A DNA stretch of 63,923 bases, the filler included, from Saprolegnia diclina VS20 (Eukaryota): the NCBI RefSeq assembly GCF_000281045.1. It is 12 parts of 4 records of this genome, joined end to end, with 100 filler letters (N's around TTAATTAATTAA, not from the genome) between each part and the next. Parts side by side here need not be neighbours in the genome. Positions count along the whole stretch, not along the records: positions 1 to 13,112 come from NW_008246146.1; positions 13,213 to 14,713 come from NW_008246147.1; positions 14,814 to 16,842 come from NW_008246147.1; positions 16,943 to 26,739 come from NW_008246147.1; 8 more parts are not named here. One strand, written 5' to 3'. Positions 12,301-23,100 of this stretch are shown here, in pieces (position 1 is the first letter of the stretch; each line of letters begins with the position of its first letter). Position numbers and translations under genes: made by a program. A model generated the notes under the pieces. It did not search any database. It was not told the DNA's origin and saw only the letters and a list, made by a program, of their open reading frames with translations.

Positions 12301-13112
12301 GCAACTCGCTGCAACGACCGAAAGATGCACACGACGCTGTAGGCGAAGCCGACGGCAACGAAATTGAGGACCAAAATGAGCGAGGCGCGGTCAAGGGACC
12401 CAAGGTTCACGACGCCACTGCGGCATGTCACGACAGCATCCACATTGAAACGCGTGCAATGACGGTCGATCGCAGCGGTGGCTCGAATCGGGTACAAGAC
12501 CTCGAGCACGACGAGACTGAACCAGACCAGCCAGGTGCTGAGGGGCGCTGCCCACTGCGAATACTGGTTGGCAACGACCAGCAAAATGTCGTTGAGGACG
12601 TACGTTACCCACGTGGCTTCCCCTGCGAGAATCCCAATGTGCGTCAACAGACGAGAACTAAAATGAAAGCGAGCTACGCCATGCTCGTTGACAAAAGCGA
12701 GTGGTGCTGTGCTGAGCATGGTGATGGCGGCGGACGCACGAAGCAGCAATAGCGGTCGACCGACCCAGACAGGCCCGACAACGCGGTTGTAGAGTAGCAA
12801 GTGCAAACCATCCGCGCTGCGGGACGGCCGGATGAGAGTATATGCTGCCGTGATACAGGCCACGCCGACCAGCGCCACCGACGTGACGATGGCGACCACG
12901 TAGAGGTAGTTGCACGTGCTTTTGGGTACTTCGATCGTTTTGGCGCGAAATGGAATCGGCTCGATGCGCTCCGACATCAAGTTGAACGTGGCGACGTCGC
13001 CTTGGAACGAAACGACCTCTCGGTAGCCATTGACCCACTCGTGCAGCGCCACGTAGCCCATGAACGACCACGTGTCATCACCCAGCAGCGGCTGGCGCAA
13101 GACAGTTTCAGT
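9330..13112 (-). CDS. Large oomycete multi-pass membrane protein, 5'-truncated at contig end
   Basis: 1256-aa stop-free ORF running from the contig edge. Internally duplicated module (NRVVGPVWVGRPLLLLR / NRVGGLTWIGRPLLFVR; FDTKLW / FDIKTW). Confidence 0.85.
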   Translation of the reverse strand, partial: TETVLRQPLLGDDTWSFMGYVALHEWVNGYREVVSFQGDVATFNLMSERIEPIPFRAKTIEVPKSTCNYLYVVAIVTSVALVGVACITAAYTLIRPSRSADGLHLLLYNRVVGPVWVGRPLLLLRASAAITMLSTAPLAFVNEHGVARFHFSSRLLTHIGILAGEATWVTYVLNDILLVVANQYSQWAAPLSTWLVWFSLVVLEVLYPIRATAAIDRHCTRFNVDAVVTCRSGVVNLGSLDRASLILVLNFVAVGFAYSVVCIFRSLQRVAPATSGGHAKLTHLVSAGAEVFLAPKESDMWSLDASSAAMSGFLRFRFQTLRCIFDTKLWLFFFASKGPDLFRAPIGPTETTSRRASFKTDPTSVFAKLKVYSGLIYLAATAVGSISYLRLSTVNLANDLWWATYNTTGTQTFLSNWFNRYLFFNASQPSTRLDLPVFADMTDYSASSTLVTYAPTYARFVQYETGSDLFMMIQGLRSMDACNAPWIATSYCWLDFDRQVEMANTLGRQARCDAKYHSNGAVYLESILRNVDWPTFESCWGTSFEIGVAKDIGSLKPNGAAWLTSLVSGSRLSVVDEAKVWQSKGLTTYTTQWQNYKALGLHDVFSIENAFGLRYDMTLQSKNGSYHPSMSTSWKAYWTFASDLWAIATNGSGIAGRSLLRPSPHFAFANTSLQSLMVLNSTLQLPLGEVLDAFHDDVGVFGAVDVFHVPYPASLSRLQRAITSELTTLLAKNTDEMAASRAQADFGSMILMSSLSPVPKYLDRTTYLCSGGNLFCPEVPTAFNFSIGMSQFTGVDTTCYNSFNDWVYVTPVQMVFAVIASGIALDPTTLIPVACASEVIAPSQCLVVLESVSTFVSTHFAPSVLEQYRVEAVAVEADVIGASVGFMQYARHVPTNRVELFHQVLFDPSDATMHFSNWGLAYEWTVGSREVIRVDGDVSSLAVFSTISFAASFAASGIEMPLNVATYLRGLCQYISFVLAAIALIAGLYTLANGCTSEGLNLFEVNRVGGLTWIGRPLLFVRSVTALCILSTATLQLQKTGIMTQLTASRDDVEPFIAYITKILAASELGWLVYIFDDLCMAWTRQYSASYTPKTAMTAWLIAIVLSFTSPVSHSATIQRSCSLGEMDFEMVCHSGVVAIGSVSRLLLLVGIALGGSTLLYITDRLWHTLPPLDERDSFLVTCSAKYLFERKGWVHDRIYFIDFASAALTGLLVCWYKGDLYVFDIKTWRTLVLHRSDLQAATASHPSAAHLARALPLIR

Positions 13113-13212
13113 NNNNNNNNNNNNNNNNNNNNNNNNNNNNNNNNNNNNNNNNNNNNTTAATTAATTAANNNNNNNNNNNNNNNNNNNNNNNNNNNNNNNN
13201 NNNNNNNNNNNN
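13113..13212. other. Artificial contig linker 44N-TTAATTAATTAA-44N; also at 14714-14813, 16843-16942, 26740-26839, 28010-28109, 31854-31953, 51049-51148, 52702-52801, 55177-55276, 58931-59030, 62597-62696
   Basis: Identical 100-nt spacer with stop codons in all six frames, seen 11 times. Confidence 0.98.
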
Positions 13213-13817
13213 CATGCTCTTTCAACTCGTGTCCATCAGAGGATTGATACAAAGAGGAAGATCAGACAATCTTCGATGTAAGACTACAAACAGCAAGAGC
13301 AATCAATCTTCGAAGCTTAGCAAAGCCGCAGCAATGGACGTGACGCTTGGTGCCAAGAGGCGCTGCCGTGACTGGTCGGGCGTTGCCGTGATGCTGGACG
13401 CTCCCAGAGAACGAATTTTCGGATGGTCCAGGCAAATGAAATGATGATTACTCAAAGACCACAAGTCGGGGCACGGCGCCCGACACACCGGCGACACCTC
13501 TTCTCCGACCTCCAGCGCAATCTCCAGTCGAGTTTTGCCACGCATATGTTATACGTGTGATCAAACAAAAGCATGAGAGTTTGAAGAGCGTAATGCCATA
13601 CTAGCACACTTGTGATTGGCGCCCTTCCAGCGTGTCCTTGAAGGGTCGAGCGTCTTGAAACCACCAGTCGCGGTTGGCACCAAGCGTCACGTCCATTGCT
13701 GCGGCTTTGCTAAGCTTCGAAGATTGATTGCTCTTGCTGTTTGTAGTCTTACATCGAAGATTGTCTGATCTTCCTCTTTGTATCAATCCTCTGATGGACA
13801 CGAGTTGAAAGAGCATG
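13213..13817. repeat. Long inverted repeat: 144-bp arms (13213-13356 and 13674-13817) around a 317-bp spacer
   Basis: catgctctttcaactcg...ttggtgccaa is the reverse complement of ttggcaccaag...gttgaaagagcatg. Confidence 0.95.
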
Positions 13818-13857
13818 AGACATCGACACAACTCCATTTGCTCCACCACCAACAACC

Positions 13858-14202
13858 ATGGGCCAGGCTTCTACGACGATCGTGGCGACGACGGGCTCAT
13901 GCACCAACATCGTGAGCAACCCTACCGTCAACGCCGGTTCGTGCAAGGGCTCGTGGAACCCATCCGCGGGCGTCTGCACCATCCAGCAGCCGTCGGCCAC
14001 GTCAGGTAGCTGCACCAACGGTGTGTGGGTGTGGGGTCCCAACTACGGTCCGCTCGGCGCCGCGTGCGCGTGCGTCAGTGGCGCGGGGTGTCCGTCGAGC
14101 AAGCTTTGCACCGGGTGCCTCAAGAACGGGGTGTGTTCGGGGGACTTTACGACCGCGTCCGAGTGCAACACGTTTGCCAGCGCCAAGTGGTGCGGCGCCT
14201 AA
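13858..14202 (+). CDS. Small cysteine-rich protein (114 aa, 12 Cys), copy A
   Basis: All 12 Cys are positionally conserved with the paralog at 26188-26628. The 5' end is uncertain. Confidence 0.75.
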   Translation: MGQASTTIVATTGSCTNIVSNPTVNAGSCKGSWNPSAGVCTIQQPSATSGSCTNGVWVWGPNYGPLGAACACVSGAGCPSSKLCTGCLKNGVCSGDFTTASECNTFASAKWCGA

Positions 14203-15066
14203 GCGCAACAAGGTCTGACCAAAAGGCGCGTCCGCTTCGGATGCACAGTCGAGCGTCCAACGCGTGGTCAGCCAGCAATATGTCTTTAATGTACCTCAAA
14301 ATACATTGTTCTCGCGATCGACAGTGCACTCATGCGATAGACTTGAGCCTCTCATTAGCGCTTACGAAGGTTAGGTCTATTTGGTTCTCTAGTCGAAAGC
14401 ACAACTAGTCGACAAGGTTGCGACTAGATTTGAGTTGGTATCTGCGCTACAATTTTGAGATTTGCTGGCTGACCAGCTCCCAACCGCCGGAAGCGGCGAC
14501 AGCGTTGATCATCCGCAATGCCCTGTTCCTTGCACAGGTTTTGGACGCACCGGTGCGAGAGCAAAACTATCGCGCCGTCTGCTGCAAGCTCCACTGCTGC
14601 TCGCTAGGATGTCGAGCCGGTCAGCATTCCAAGCGTGCTCTGCATGATGCGGAGTCTCGTTGAGAGTGCGCTATAAGGAAACACGTATTCCCTTCGGTCG
14701 CTCCGACTGTCGTNNNNNNNNNNNNNNNNNNNNNNNNNNNNNNNNNNNNNNNNNNNNTTAATTAATTAANNNNNNNNNNNNNNNNNNNNNNNNNNNNNNN
14801 NNNNNNNNNNNNNCAAACGCCGCCACATCAAAGCGCTGGAAGGCAGTAAACATCCACCCTCGCTATCAGCTCCCACCACGGGTCTCGCAATCCACGCCAG
14901 CGTTGTAGTACCGCACCTCGGCTTTAGCGTCTCGAAGGTTCCGACAGCTCGATTCCGACATCGTTCGCTCCTACGGTCGTTGTCAACACGGCGAAATGAC
15001 ACAATGTTCCATTCGTATCGAGTGTATTTACAACTAATCTCAATGTCTATTGGTCGCTGCGACGGC

Positions 15067-15625
15067 CTAGACGTCTTCGCACCAGTGCCCGCCGGTCATT
15101 TCAACCGATGCCTCGCGCTCGCCGAGACGCACGATCGGGTAGAGTGGCGCGTCCGTCGGCACGAGGCAAAAGGGCGAGATGAGCATCTGACCGTTGACTT
15201 CAAACGAGATCTCGCGCGCCGCATGGTTGAAGGACGCGGTGACGACGAGCTTCCCGCGCTGCTTGGGAAACGGCTTCTTCTCGTGCTCCGAGTACGAGTA
15301 CCCGCGCTCGCAGCCAAAGAAGAAGCCCGGGTGCAGCTCGTGGCCTTTGTTGGGCTCAAACTTGGCGCGCGTTGTAAAGCCAATGTCCACGTGGTGGTGG
15401 GCGAGCACCCGCACGGAAAAGAAGGGCGACGGCGTGGTCGATAGGACGCTGCTCCAGCGTTGGCTGTGCGTCCGAGAGCGTTTCTTCAATAGCAGAGGCT
15501 AGACACTGCGCTCGTACTACATGCGGCTCCAGCGGCACCGCCTTCTTCTTGTGTGGCTTGACCATCGTCGTCGTGTAGGCTTTGTCCGAGGCCGCCAGCA
15601 CAAGCTCGACGACGTAGTCGACCAT
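15067..15625 (-). CDS. SPRY-like beta-domain protein (probably two exons)
   Basis: WSSVLST, VDIGF, ISFEVNG and PLYPIVRL align by eye with the C-terminal domain of 27230-28009. A short putative intron near 15487-15520 joins the MVDYVVELV exon. Confidence 0.6.
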
Positions 15626-15801
15626 GGCCTCGTCGATCTTGGCAGCACAAGACCATCGCGCAGAGCCTCTTCCACAGAGCACACGAGGGTCTCGTCCGTG
15701 GTGCGCCTGGTCTCAACCAAAAGTTAGAACTGTGGGCAGCTGCAACCTTTTTGGTCACGGGTACAAAAATGCGTCTCGGCCAAACTCGACGAGAGATTGC
15801 G

Positions 15802-16044
15802 ATGGAGGTCTGGGCCGAGGTGTCGCGGCAGAATCGGGCGCTGTGCCCAGAGGCAACGACTTCACGAGATTTCCACATCATCGTCTGGACTAAACGAGCA
15901 TTCATTCGTATTCTTGAGGAGCGTCCAGCATCATGGCAACGCCTAGTCACGGTAGCGCCTTTGGGCACCAAGCGTCGCGTCCTGAGCTTCTTCCACTCCG
16001 CTGTACTTCGAAGTTTGATTGCTCTTGTAGCCCTCGATAGCCTC
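15802..16044 (+). pseudogene. Degenerate remnant of the ATM 5' end
   Basis: atggaggtctgggccgaggtgtcgcggcag (MEVWAEVSRQNRAL) versus ATM start atggaggtgtgggccgaggtccggcggcag ([14 protein letters not shown]). ALDSL occurs downstream in both. Confidence 0.55.
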
Positions 16045-16758
16045 GGTAGCGTCGAACGTACTCTAAAAACCGTCTAGTGATTGTTTACAGAAACGCACAA
16101 GGCCAAGCAAGTGCGCCATCTTCAGCCGCTTCGCCGGACCGCCATTTACCTCAAGCAGATAGCGCAGTCAGCTCGCCTATTTCTGCAAGGCGTAACCACC
16201 ATGATCAAAGACCAAGCCAGCAAGCCCATGTGCAATTTGCTCGTTTAACTCCAAGCCTCCTAGCTACTCGACGCTTGTTAACCCACGCATCAGTCCCTCC
16301 TTGGCGGCAGCGGCCTCCCAACACAAACTTCGTCCCCCCACTTGCGTTTTAGCCTCGGAGACGAAAAATGACGTCGCTCCAAAAGATCAGAACGATCCTT
16401 GGCTCGTTGCCGGCAGGCTGTTCCCGCCGAGAGTTGACATCGAGCTACTGCGCCTGTCCCACCGTGGACACGACAGACAATCGCAAATTGTAGCGTAGAT
16501 ATCTCATATTGCACATACCAAAACTCAACTCTAGTCGCAATCGACTAGTTGTCCTTTCGACTAGAGAACCAAGTAGGCCAAACCTTCAACAACGCTAATG
16601 AAAATCGCAAGGCCCAAGTTTATCGTATGAGTGCACTGTCGATCTCGAGAAACAACGTTGTTTGAGGTACATTAAAGACATATTGCTGGCTGACCACGCG
16701 TTGGACGCTCGACTGTGCATCCGAAGCGGACGCGCCTTTTGGTCAGACCTTGTTGCGC

Positions 16759-16842
16759 TTAGGCGCCGCACCACTTGGCGCTGGCAAACGTGTTGCACTC
16801 GGACGCGGTCGTAAAGTCCCCCGAACACACCCCGTTCTTGAG
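16759..16842 (-). CDS. 3' fragment of a near-identical inverted copy of the 12-Cys small protein gene (copy B), cut by contig end
   Basis: 16661-16842 is the reverse complement of about 14119-14300. Weaker similarity continues to about 16480/14460. Confidence 0.8.
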   Translation of the reverse strand, partial: LKNGVCSGDFTTASECNTFASAKWCGA

Positions 16843-17190
16843 NNNNNNNNNNNNNNNNNNNNNNNNNNNNNNNNNNNNNNNNNNNNTTAATTAATTAANN
16901 NNNNNNNNNNNNNNNNNNNNNNNNNNNNNNNNNNNNNNNNNNGGAAACACGTATTCCCTTCGGTCGCTCCGACTGTCGTGGTCGTATGCACACAACGCCG
17001 GTGCGTGTGGATACCTCGCTACTGCGTCGGGCTGCACCTCCACGTCGGTGACTTGGCGCCAGAAAGGCCAAGTGCAAGTTGGGTGATTTTAGTCGAATGG
17101 ATAAAATTGACATTTCTAGCTTGATGTTTGTATAGATAATAAAAAGCGTGAGCAATGTGTAGGGCCAAAAACGCGACTGCAGTTTGGACG

Positions 17191-20100
17191 ATGGAGGTGT
17201 GGGCCGAGGTCCGGCGGCAGTGCCGGGCGCTGCGCGTCGCCAAGAAGAAGACGGACAAGAAGCGCGAGATGATTGCACTCGACAGCCTCCTCACGTCAAG
17301 CGCCCACCAGGCCGTGCTGCACCGGAGCGGCTGCTGGGGCTACGTCATCGGCCAGATCTTCAACGTCGTCGAGGAAGATCTGCTCGAGCTCACGAAGAAG
17401 ACGAAGCGCAAGTCTGCGTCGAGCACCATGGAGCTGCCCAACGTCAACGTGCTCTTCCACGCGCTCGACAGCGCCCGCGGCGCCCTCCACGAAAACGCGC
17501 TCGGCGTCGACACGCTCAAGCGGCTCGGTGTCTTTGGCGAGCTTGGCATCAACGACGAGATCACGGTCGGGACGCCGGTCGAGCGCCACTGCTACACGCT
17601 CTTGGAGAAGCTCCTCTCGGTTCCGGCGTACACGCAGCGCCTCGACCCGAACCTGCTCAACGACGTCCTCGGCCGCGTGCTCACGCATCTGCATCTTGGT
17701 ACGTCCATCGAGCACCACAACCACTGCGCGTCGATTGCGCTGCACATCATAAAGGGCATCGCGATGGACTTGCATCCGCATTTGCCCAAGTACATGGACT
17801 TCTTCAACGCGTGGTTTGGCCACGGCCACCAAGTGTCGACGTCGGTCGCGCTCAATTTGCTGGCGAGTCTTGTCTTCCTCATGGAGACGTACCCGACGGC
17901 CATGGCGCCGCTTGTTACCGACACGACCGCGCTCGCCTTTGTGCAGCGCATGCTGCCGCACCACCTCAAGGCGCTGCCACTCGAGGTCTCGGGCTTTCTA
18001 CTGCAGTACTACCGGCTCGTGCCCAGCAGCGACGTCAAGCACCTTTGCATGGCCCTTCTCGACCAAACGACGATGCACACGGTGTTTACAGCGGCGTTTT
18101 CCGTCGCTCGGCAAAGTGCGATGACGTCGGCCGCGTCGACGCTCGACGGCAGCTTGCTCGGGGATCGTGCGATCGCATGGTATAGCATGACCGCCGACGT
18201 CGTCTGGCTGCATGATTTTTCCACGTCGGCCGCAACTGTCGCGAATAAGCGCCGACGCACGACGACGGCGCTCGAGTTGGTGCTGGAGCGGATCGGCGAT
18301 ACGGCGTCGGCGTCGCAAGGCTCGGGCGGAACGACGGCACCGACCATGTACTCGCAACTGCGCGCGACCGCGTCCGTCGAGAGTGACGTCCGCCGCCTCC
18401 CGTGGCTGTTTCTACTCCTCGCGCTCATCTCGCGTCACGGCCATTGGCTCCAAGCGCACCGCCAGGAGATTCTGACTTCAGTCGTCGACGCGCTCGTGAC
18501 GACGCTCGACGTGGCCACCATGGACGGCTACTGCAAGGACGTGACGTGTCAACTGCTCGTGCTCTTGGTCGTCCGGTCGGATGACGCGGCGTCGTGGGCC
18601 ACCGACGTCTTTACCAAGATTGCTGCTGACGCTGGTCGGCGTAAACCCAAAGAGTCCATGTTGCAGTTGCTGGCGGTTTGCGCGGCCGGTCCTGTGCCAC
18701 CGGCGGCCGTCGAAGCGCAGGCACCGGCGTTGCTGACAGTCGTACATAGTCATGTGCTCACGGTATCGGCGCTGACTCTGGCGGTTGCGCTCTGGACTAC
18801 CGTCGACACCGGCGTGGCGTCGGCGTCGATGCGCAGTTTTGTACTGCAAGGCCTGCGCGGACTCGCACCCGCCGCCAACGATGAGTCCATTGTGCTCTTG
18901 CTGCTCAGTGGCGCACTTGCGGCGGTCTGCGACGGCATGCTACGCTGGGACGTTGCCACATACCTCGTTCCAACGCTGAGCTCTCAGTTTGCCACGTGTG
19001 GCCTCGGCTACACGGCACCAAAAGCACTCGACATGCGCAACCACGCCCACATCTTGCCGCATCTCGTTGAGGCGTACGCCGGGATGCTGCCCGTGATGCC
19101 GGCACCCGCGGCGCCTCGGCGCCTCAAGCTACCGGTGTTTGTTGACGAAGATGTTTTGCGTCTGCCCGAAGCGTTTGTGGCGCAGCGGCGACTCTCTATC
19201 GTACTGCAGCCCCACCGAAGCTTGTGCGTCGACAAGGACCACTTGAGTAGTCTTCGCAGCGACGTCCACGCGCTACTGCACGAGCACCTCTCGTTGCTGC
19301 CGTCGGCGAGCACCGAGGACATTGCGCCGCTCTTGCACCGCCTTCTCGAGGTAGGTCGCTTGGCTACTTTGCGATTCTCATTCCATTTGGACGGTAGTTG
19401 GGACTGGTCGTGGCAGCCGCCCTTGGGCTGTACGCAGGGCTGCAGCAGCACATTGAAGCGGCTTCGATGCTCGGCCAAGTCCTCTCGGCGACGACAAGCC
19501 GGCTCACGCATCTCCTCAAGCACGAGCAGTACCACGAAGCGCTCTTTCAGAAGCTGTACTGCCTCTTGCTGGTGCTACAGGGCGCCAACTTGAGCCAACT
19601 CACGGCGGCCAACATCGACGTACCGGCCATTACCAAGGTCAAGATCCCGCCATCGTGTCGGGTCGCTGCCCGGTAGGCATTGCGATGCTTTGCACCATCT
19701 TCAAACAAATGGTGTAGCGATCTTGTGGCGATGCTGGAAGCGTTCGTGCTGAGTGAAGCCGCGTCGTCCATCCGCAGCGACTTGGAAGATCCGTCGGACG
19801 ACATGATCAACGACGACGATGTCAGCAGGTTCCAAGCTGACGCGGCCTCGGCGTCGGACGCCGCCTGTCGCCTCTGGAGCCTCCGCATTGTGCTACTCTT
19901 GAAGAAGTCGGAGAGCAGCTGCCACCTCGTCCACACAGTCGTGCAGCAAAACTACGTCGCCGCCACAAGCGCCGTGTTTCTCGTCCCGCTGTTGTGCTTT
20001 CCGCTGACGAGTGAAGGCGTCCGGGTTGGCGTGAGTCTAATAAAGAGCACGGCCAAGATTGCGCCCGAAGACGCCACCCACATGCTCCGCGTCCTCAGCT

Positions 20101-23100
20101 ACCACGTGACCGAGTCGCTGCCACCCGAGCTGCTCCAGGACGTCGTTGCTCTCCTCGAGTATCTCGGGAAAAAGTTCAAGCATAACCGGATCGTCCGTCG
20201 GCGCCTTCTGCAGTGCTGGGAGGCGTGGTACCTCGTCAATGTCGACACGTTTGGCGGCTTTATCGAAGTCAACTTGCCGCACCTCGTCGACAAGGACGTC
20301 CATGTCCGCGTCGCCAGTCTCGTCGCGCTTCGGACGCTCTACACCAAGTTTGAAGGCGTGCAGGCCATCTACAATGACGTGTTTGCGCACTTGCAAGAGC
20401 ACGAAGCCGACACGACGACGTTCATCCTTGCGTGCTACGTCGCAGCGTGCGTCTGTCCGTCGCTCTTGCCATTGGTGCTCTCGCAGTACGTCGAGAACGG
20501 TCAAGACGACGCGCTCGTCGTCAAGAGCATTCTGGCGCTCAGTGACCACCATGGATACGCGTCCCCGATGGCCATGTGCGAGGACCAGCTGTGGGGCATC
20601 TTGGCGAGCTACCTCGGGCTTTTGCCGCGGCTGCAGTGCCCGGCGGAGAGCAGCGACACGCCGTGGATGCAGCTGGGACTACGCCTCTTTGACGCCAACG
20701 TTCCTTCACTGGCGGCTGCGATTGTGGCGGCACCGTCGCTGCGACAGCACCTCCTCCCGTTTCTCGTGCTACTGGACGTGGCCAACAGCACGGCCGACCA
20801 CGTCGGTGCGCTTCTCGAGATCATACCTGATCTGCGCGTGCCTGACGAGATGGCCGTCGGCGCCAAGGTCGTTGCCCAGCTGCTTCTGGATATACCTGTC
20901 ACAACGGCGGTCGACGTGACGCCGAGCCTCTTCCGGTGCGTGTGCGAGATGACGTTTGCGCTGGTCCGTGCCTGCCCCGAGCTGGCGCCTCGCGTGTCGT
21001 GGGCGGTGTTGGCGCACCAGCTGCCGCATAGCTTTTGCGCGGTGGATATCGCCCTGTGCTTGAGCAGTATCGTCGGCACCACACACGCACCGACGTCACG
21101 ACGGGTGCCACTGCAGTGTCTTTGCGACTGCCTGGACGCGTTGGGGTACAGCGTCGCCAACAACGTCTTGGCCCAGCGGCTACTGCTGAGCGTGCTGCTT
21201 CGCTACATGGAAGAGAGTCCCGCCGTTTCGGTCGTGCTCAAGGCGACCGTCGAGCGCTGCTTGCAGTCGGACCCCGACGTCCTTGGCGCGAATCTCAACT
21301 TCCTCGTGCAGAGCGTCGTGCCGATGTACACGCGGTGGGAACCGTCGACCAAGTCGCTTCTCGACGGCTGCCTCGTCGCGGTCGCCCAGCATCCCAAGCT
21401 GCACAAGCACATTGTGACGCTGGACCCAATCCCGCTGCACGTGTCGCCGTCCCTCGACCAGCTCGCAGCCACGTGCAACGCGTCATCGCAGCTCGACGAA
21501 TCGCTCGTCGCCAAGCTGCAGCGCACTCCGCTGGACGCCGTGCCGTTCTCTAGCTTTGGGCTCCAGACGCTCGATGGGATCATGCCAGCGATGGCCAAAG
21601 AGAAGCCGTCAACGATCGCTGCCGTGGTGTACGGCTTATTGCACCAAGCGTACCAGCGCGCACCTGCGTCGACGCCGCTCGTTCCAACCACCAATGACAC
21701 GGAAGCGCTTCCGATGTGGAGCCAGCCGTCGCAGCCGACGCTCTTAAAGCGGGCGAGCAGCAGTAGCTACGTGGCGCCGAGTGGCGAAGCGCCACCGGTG
21801 CTACTCCAACTGGCAACGTGCTTGGGGCACCTCGGCGCTGTCTTTCCGTCGGCCGCGCTGCACCTCGATGCGTCGGCGCTCAACGCTTTGTACTTGCACG
21901 TGTACCACCGGCCGTGCCTTGCGCAGCTGCAGGCGTACAAGGACAGCGTCCTCGAAGTCCGCGCCAAGGTCCTCGAATACGTCGTGTGCCAGCTCTTTGC
22001 CAACGAGATGCGCATCATTTCGACGGCAACGACCACGCTGCGAACGCTGCTCGGACTACCGGTAGTGCATACGACGCTACTGTCGACACGGTCGCTCTCG
22101 TCAAGTCTCAAGGTGTTTCTGAGCCTTGTCGAGCCGACGAGCTCGCCAGGATTGCCGACCCAAATTGCAAGTCGTGCGTGGCCCGCCGTGGGGGAGACCA
22201 GCGTCGATACATGGGCTGCCCAATGCTCGCTGCACCTCATCTCGCTCTGTGAGGACCCGCTGCTGCATGCATGCGTCGACTTGGTGTCGGTGCAGCCGAC
22301 GTTTGGTGTGTGTCTCTTGCCTCTGGCGCTCCACGCCGTCGTTATGGACGGCCGCGCGCTCGCGTCTGTCTCGGGCGACCTTGCGGCACTCTTGGCGACG
22401 GACGACGTTCCGCCAGGGCACGGCCAACTGCTCGTCCACAGCCTCCAGTACGCGTCGCAGCTAGAGAAATCGAGCGCACGGTCGCACGCGGCCAAGTTGC
22501 TGCACTTGCCATGGCTGGACGTGGCGCGGCTGGCGCTGGCGAGCGAGCTCCCGTACTCGGCGCTGCAGTTTGTGGAAAAGCATGTCGATGCCAAGCATCG
22601 CCGGCTGTATGCCGCCATGGACGACGACCTTGTGCCCATCTTGCGGGCCATCTACGATGCGATCGGGGACCTGGATGGCATGGACGGCGTACTCGACACG
22701 CCTGACCTCGTCGCCATGCCGAGCAGCTACGCCATGGAGCGCAAGATTTCAAGTAGCTTGCCTCTGTACGACGCGGCGCTGCGACTCGACCCGCACTCGG
22801 CGACGCTCCAAGCCGGGCTTGCCACGTCGCTCGAGACGCTTGGGTATGCGCATTTGCTGCAGTCGGTGCTCTCGGCCACCAAGGCGCCGTCGCCGTATAC
22901 GTACGAGCTCGCGTGGAAGTCGATGCAGTGGGATCTCAAGGTCGACACGTCGAGTTTCGAGGGGTGTGTCTACGGCTGTCTGCGCGGCCTGGCCGTCCAC
23001 GACCATGCAAACGTTGAACTGCTTCTCGGACAAGCCAAGACATCGCTGTTGCAGTCGCAGCAGGTGGCGTTCACAGGTCTCGAGTCCACCAAGCGTCTTC

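Noticed and set aside
13157..13168. Recurrent palindrome TTAATTAATTAA as a biological repeat or CRISPR-like array
   Set aside because: Always centred in exactly 44+44 N; it is a synthetic six-frame-stop linker.
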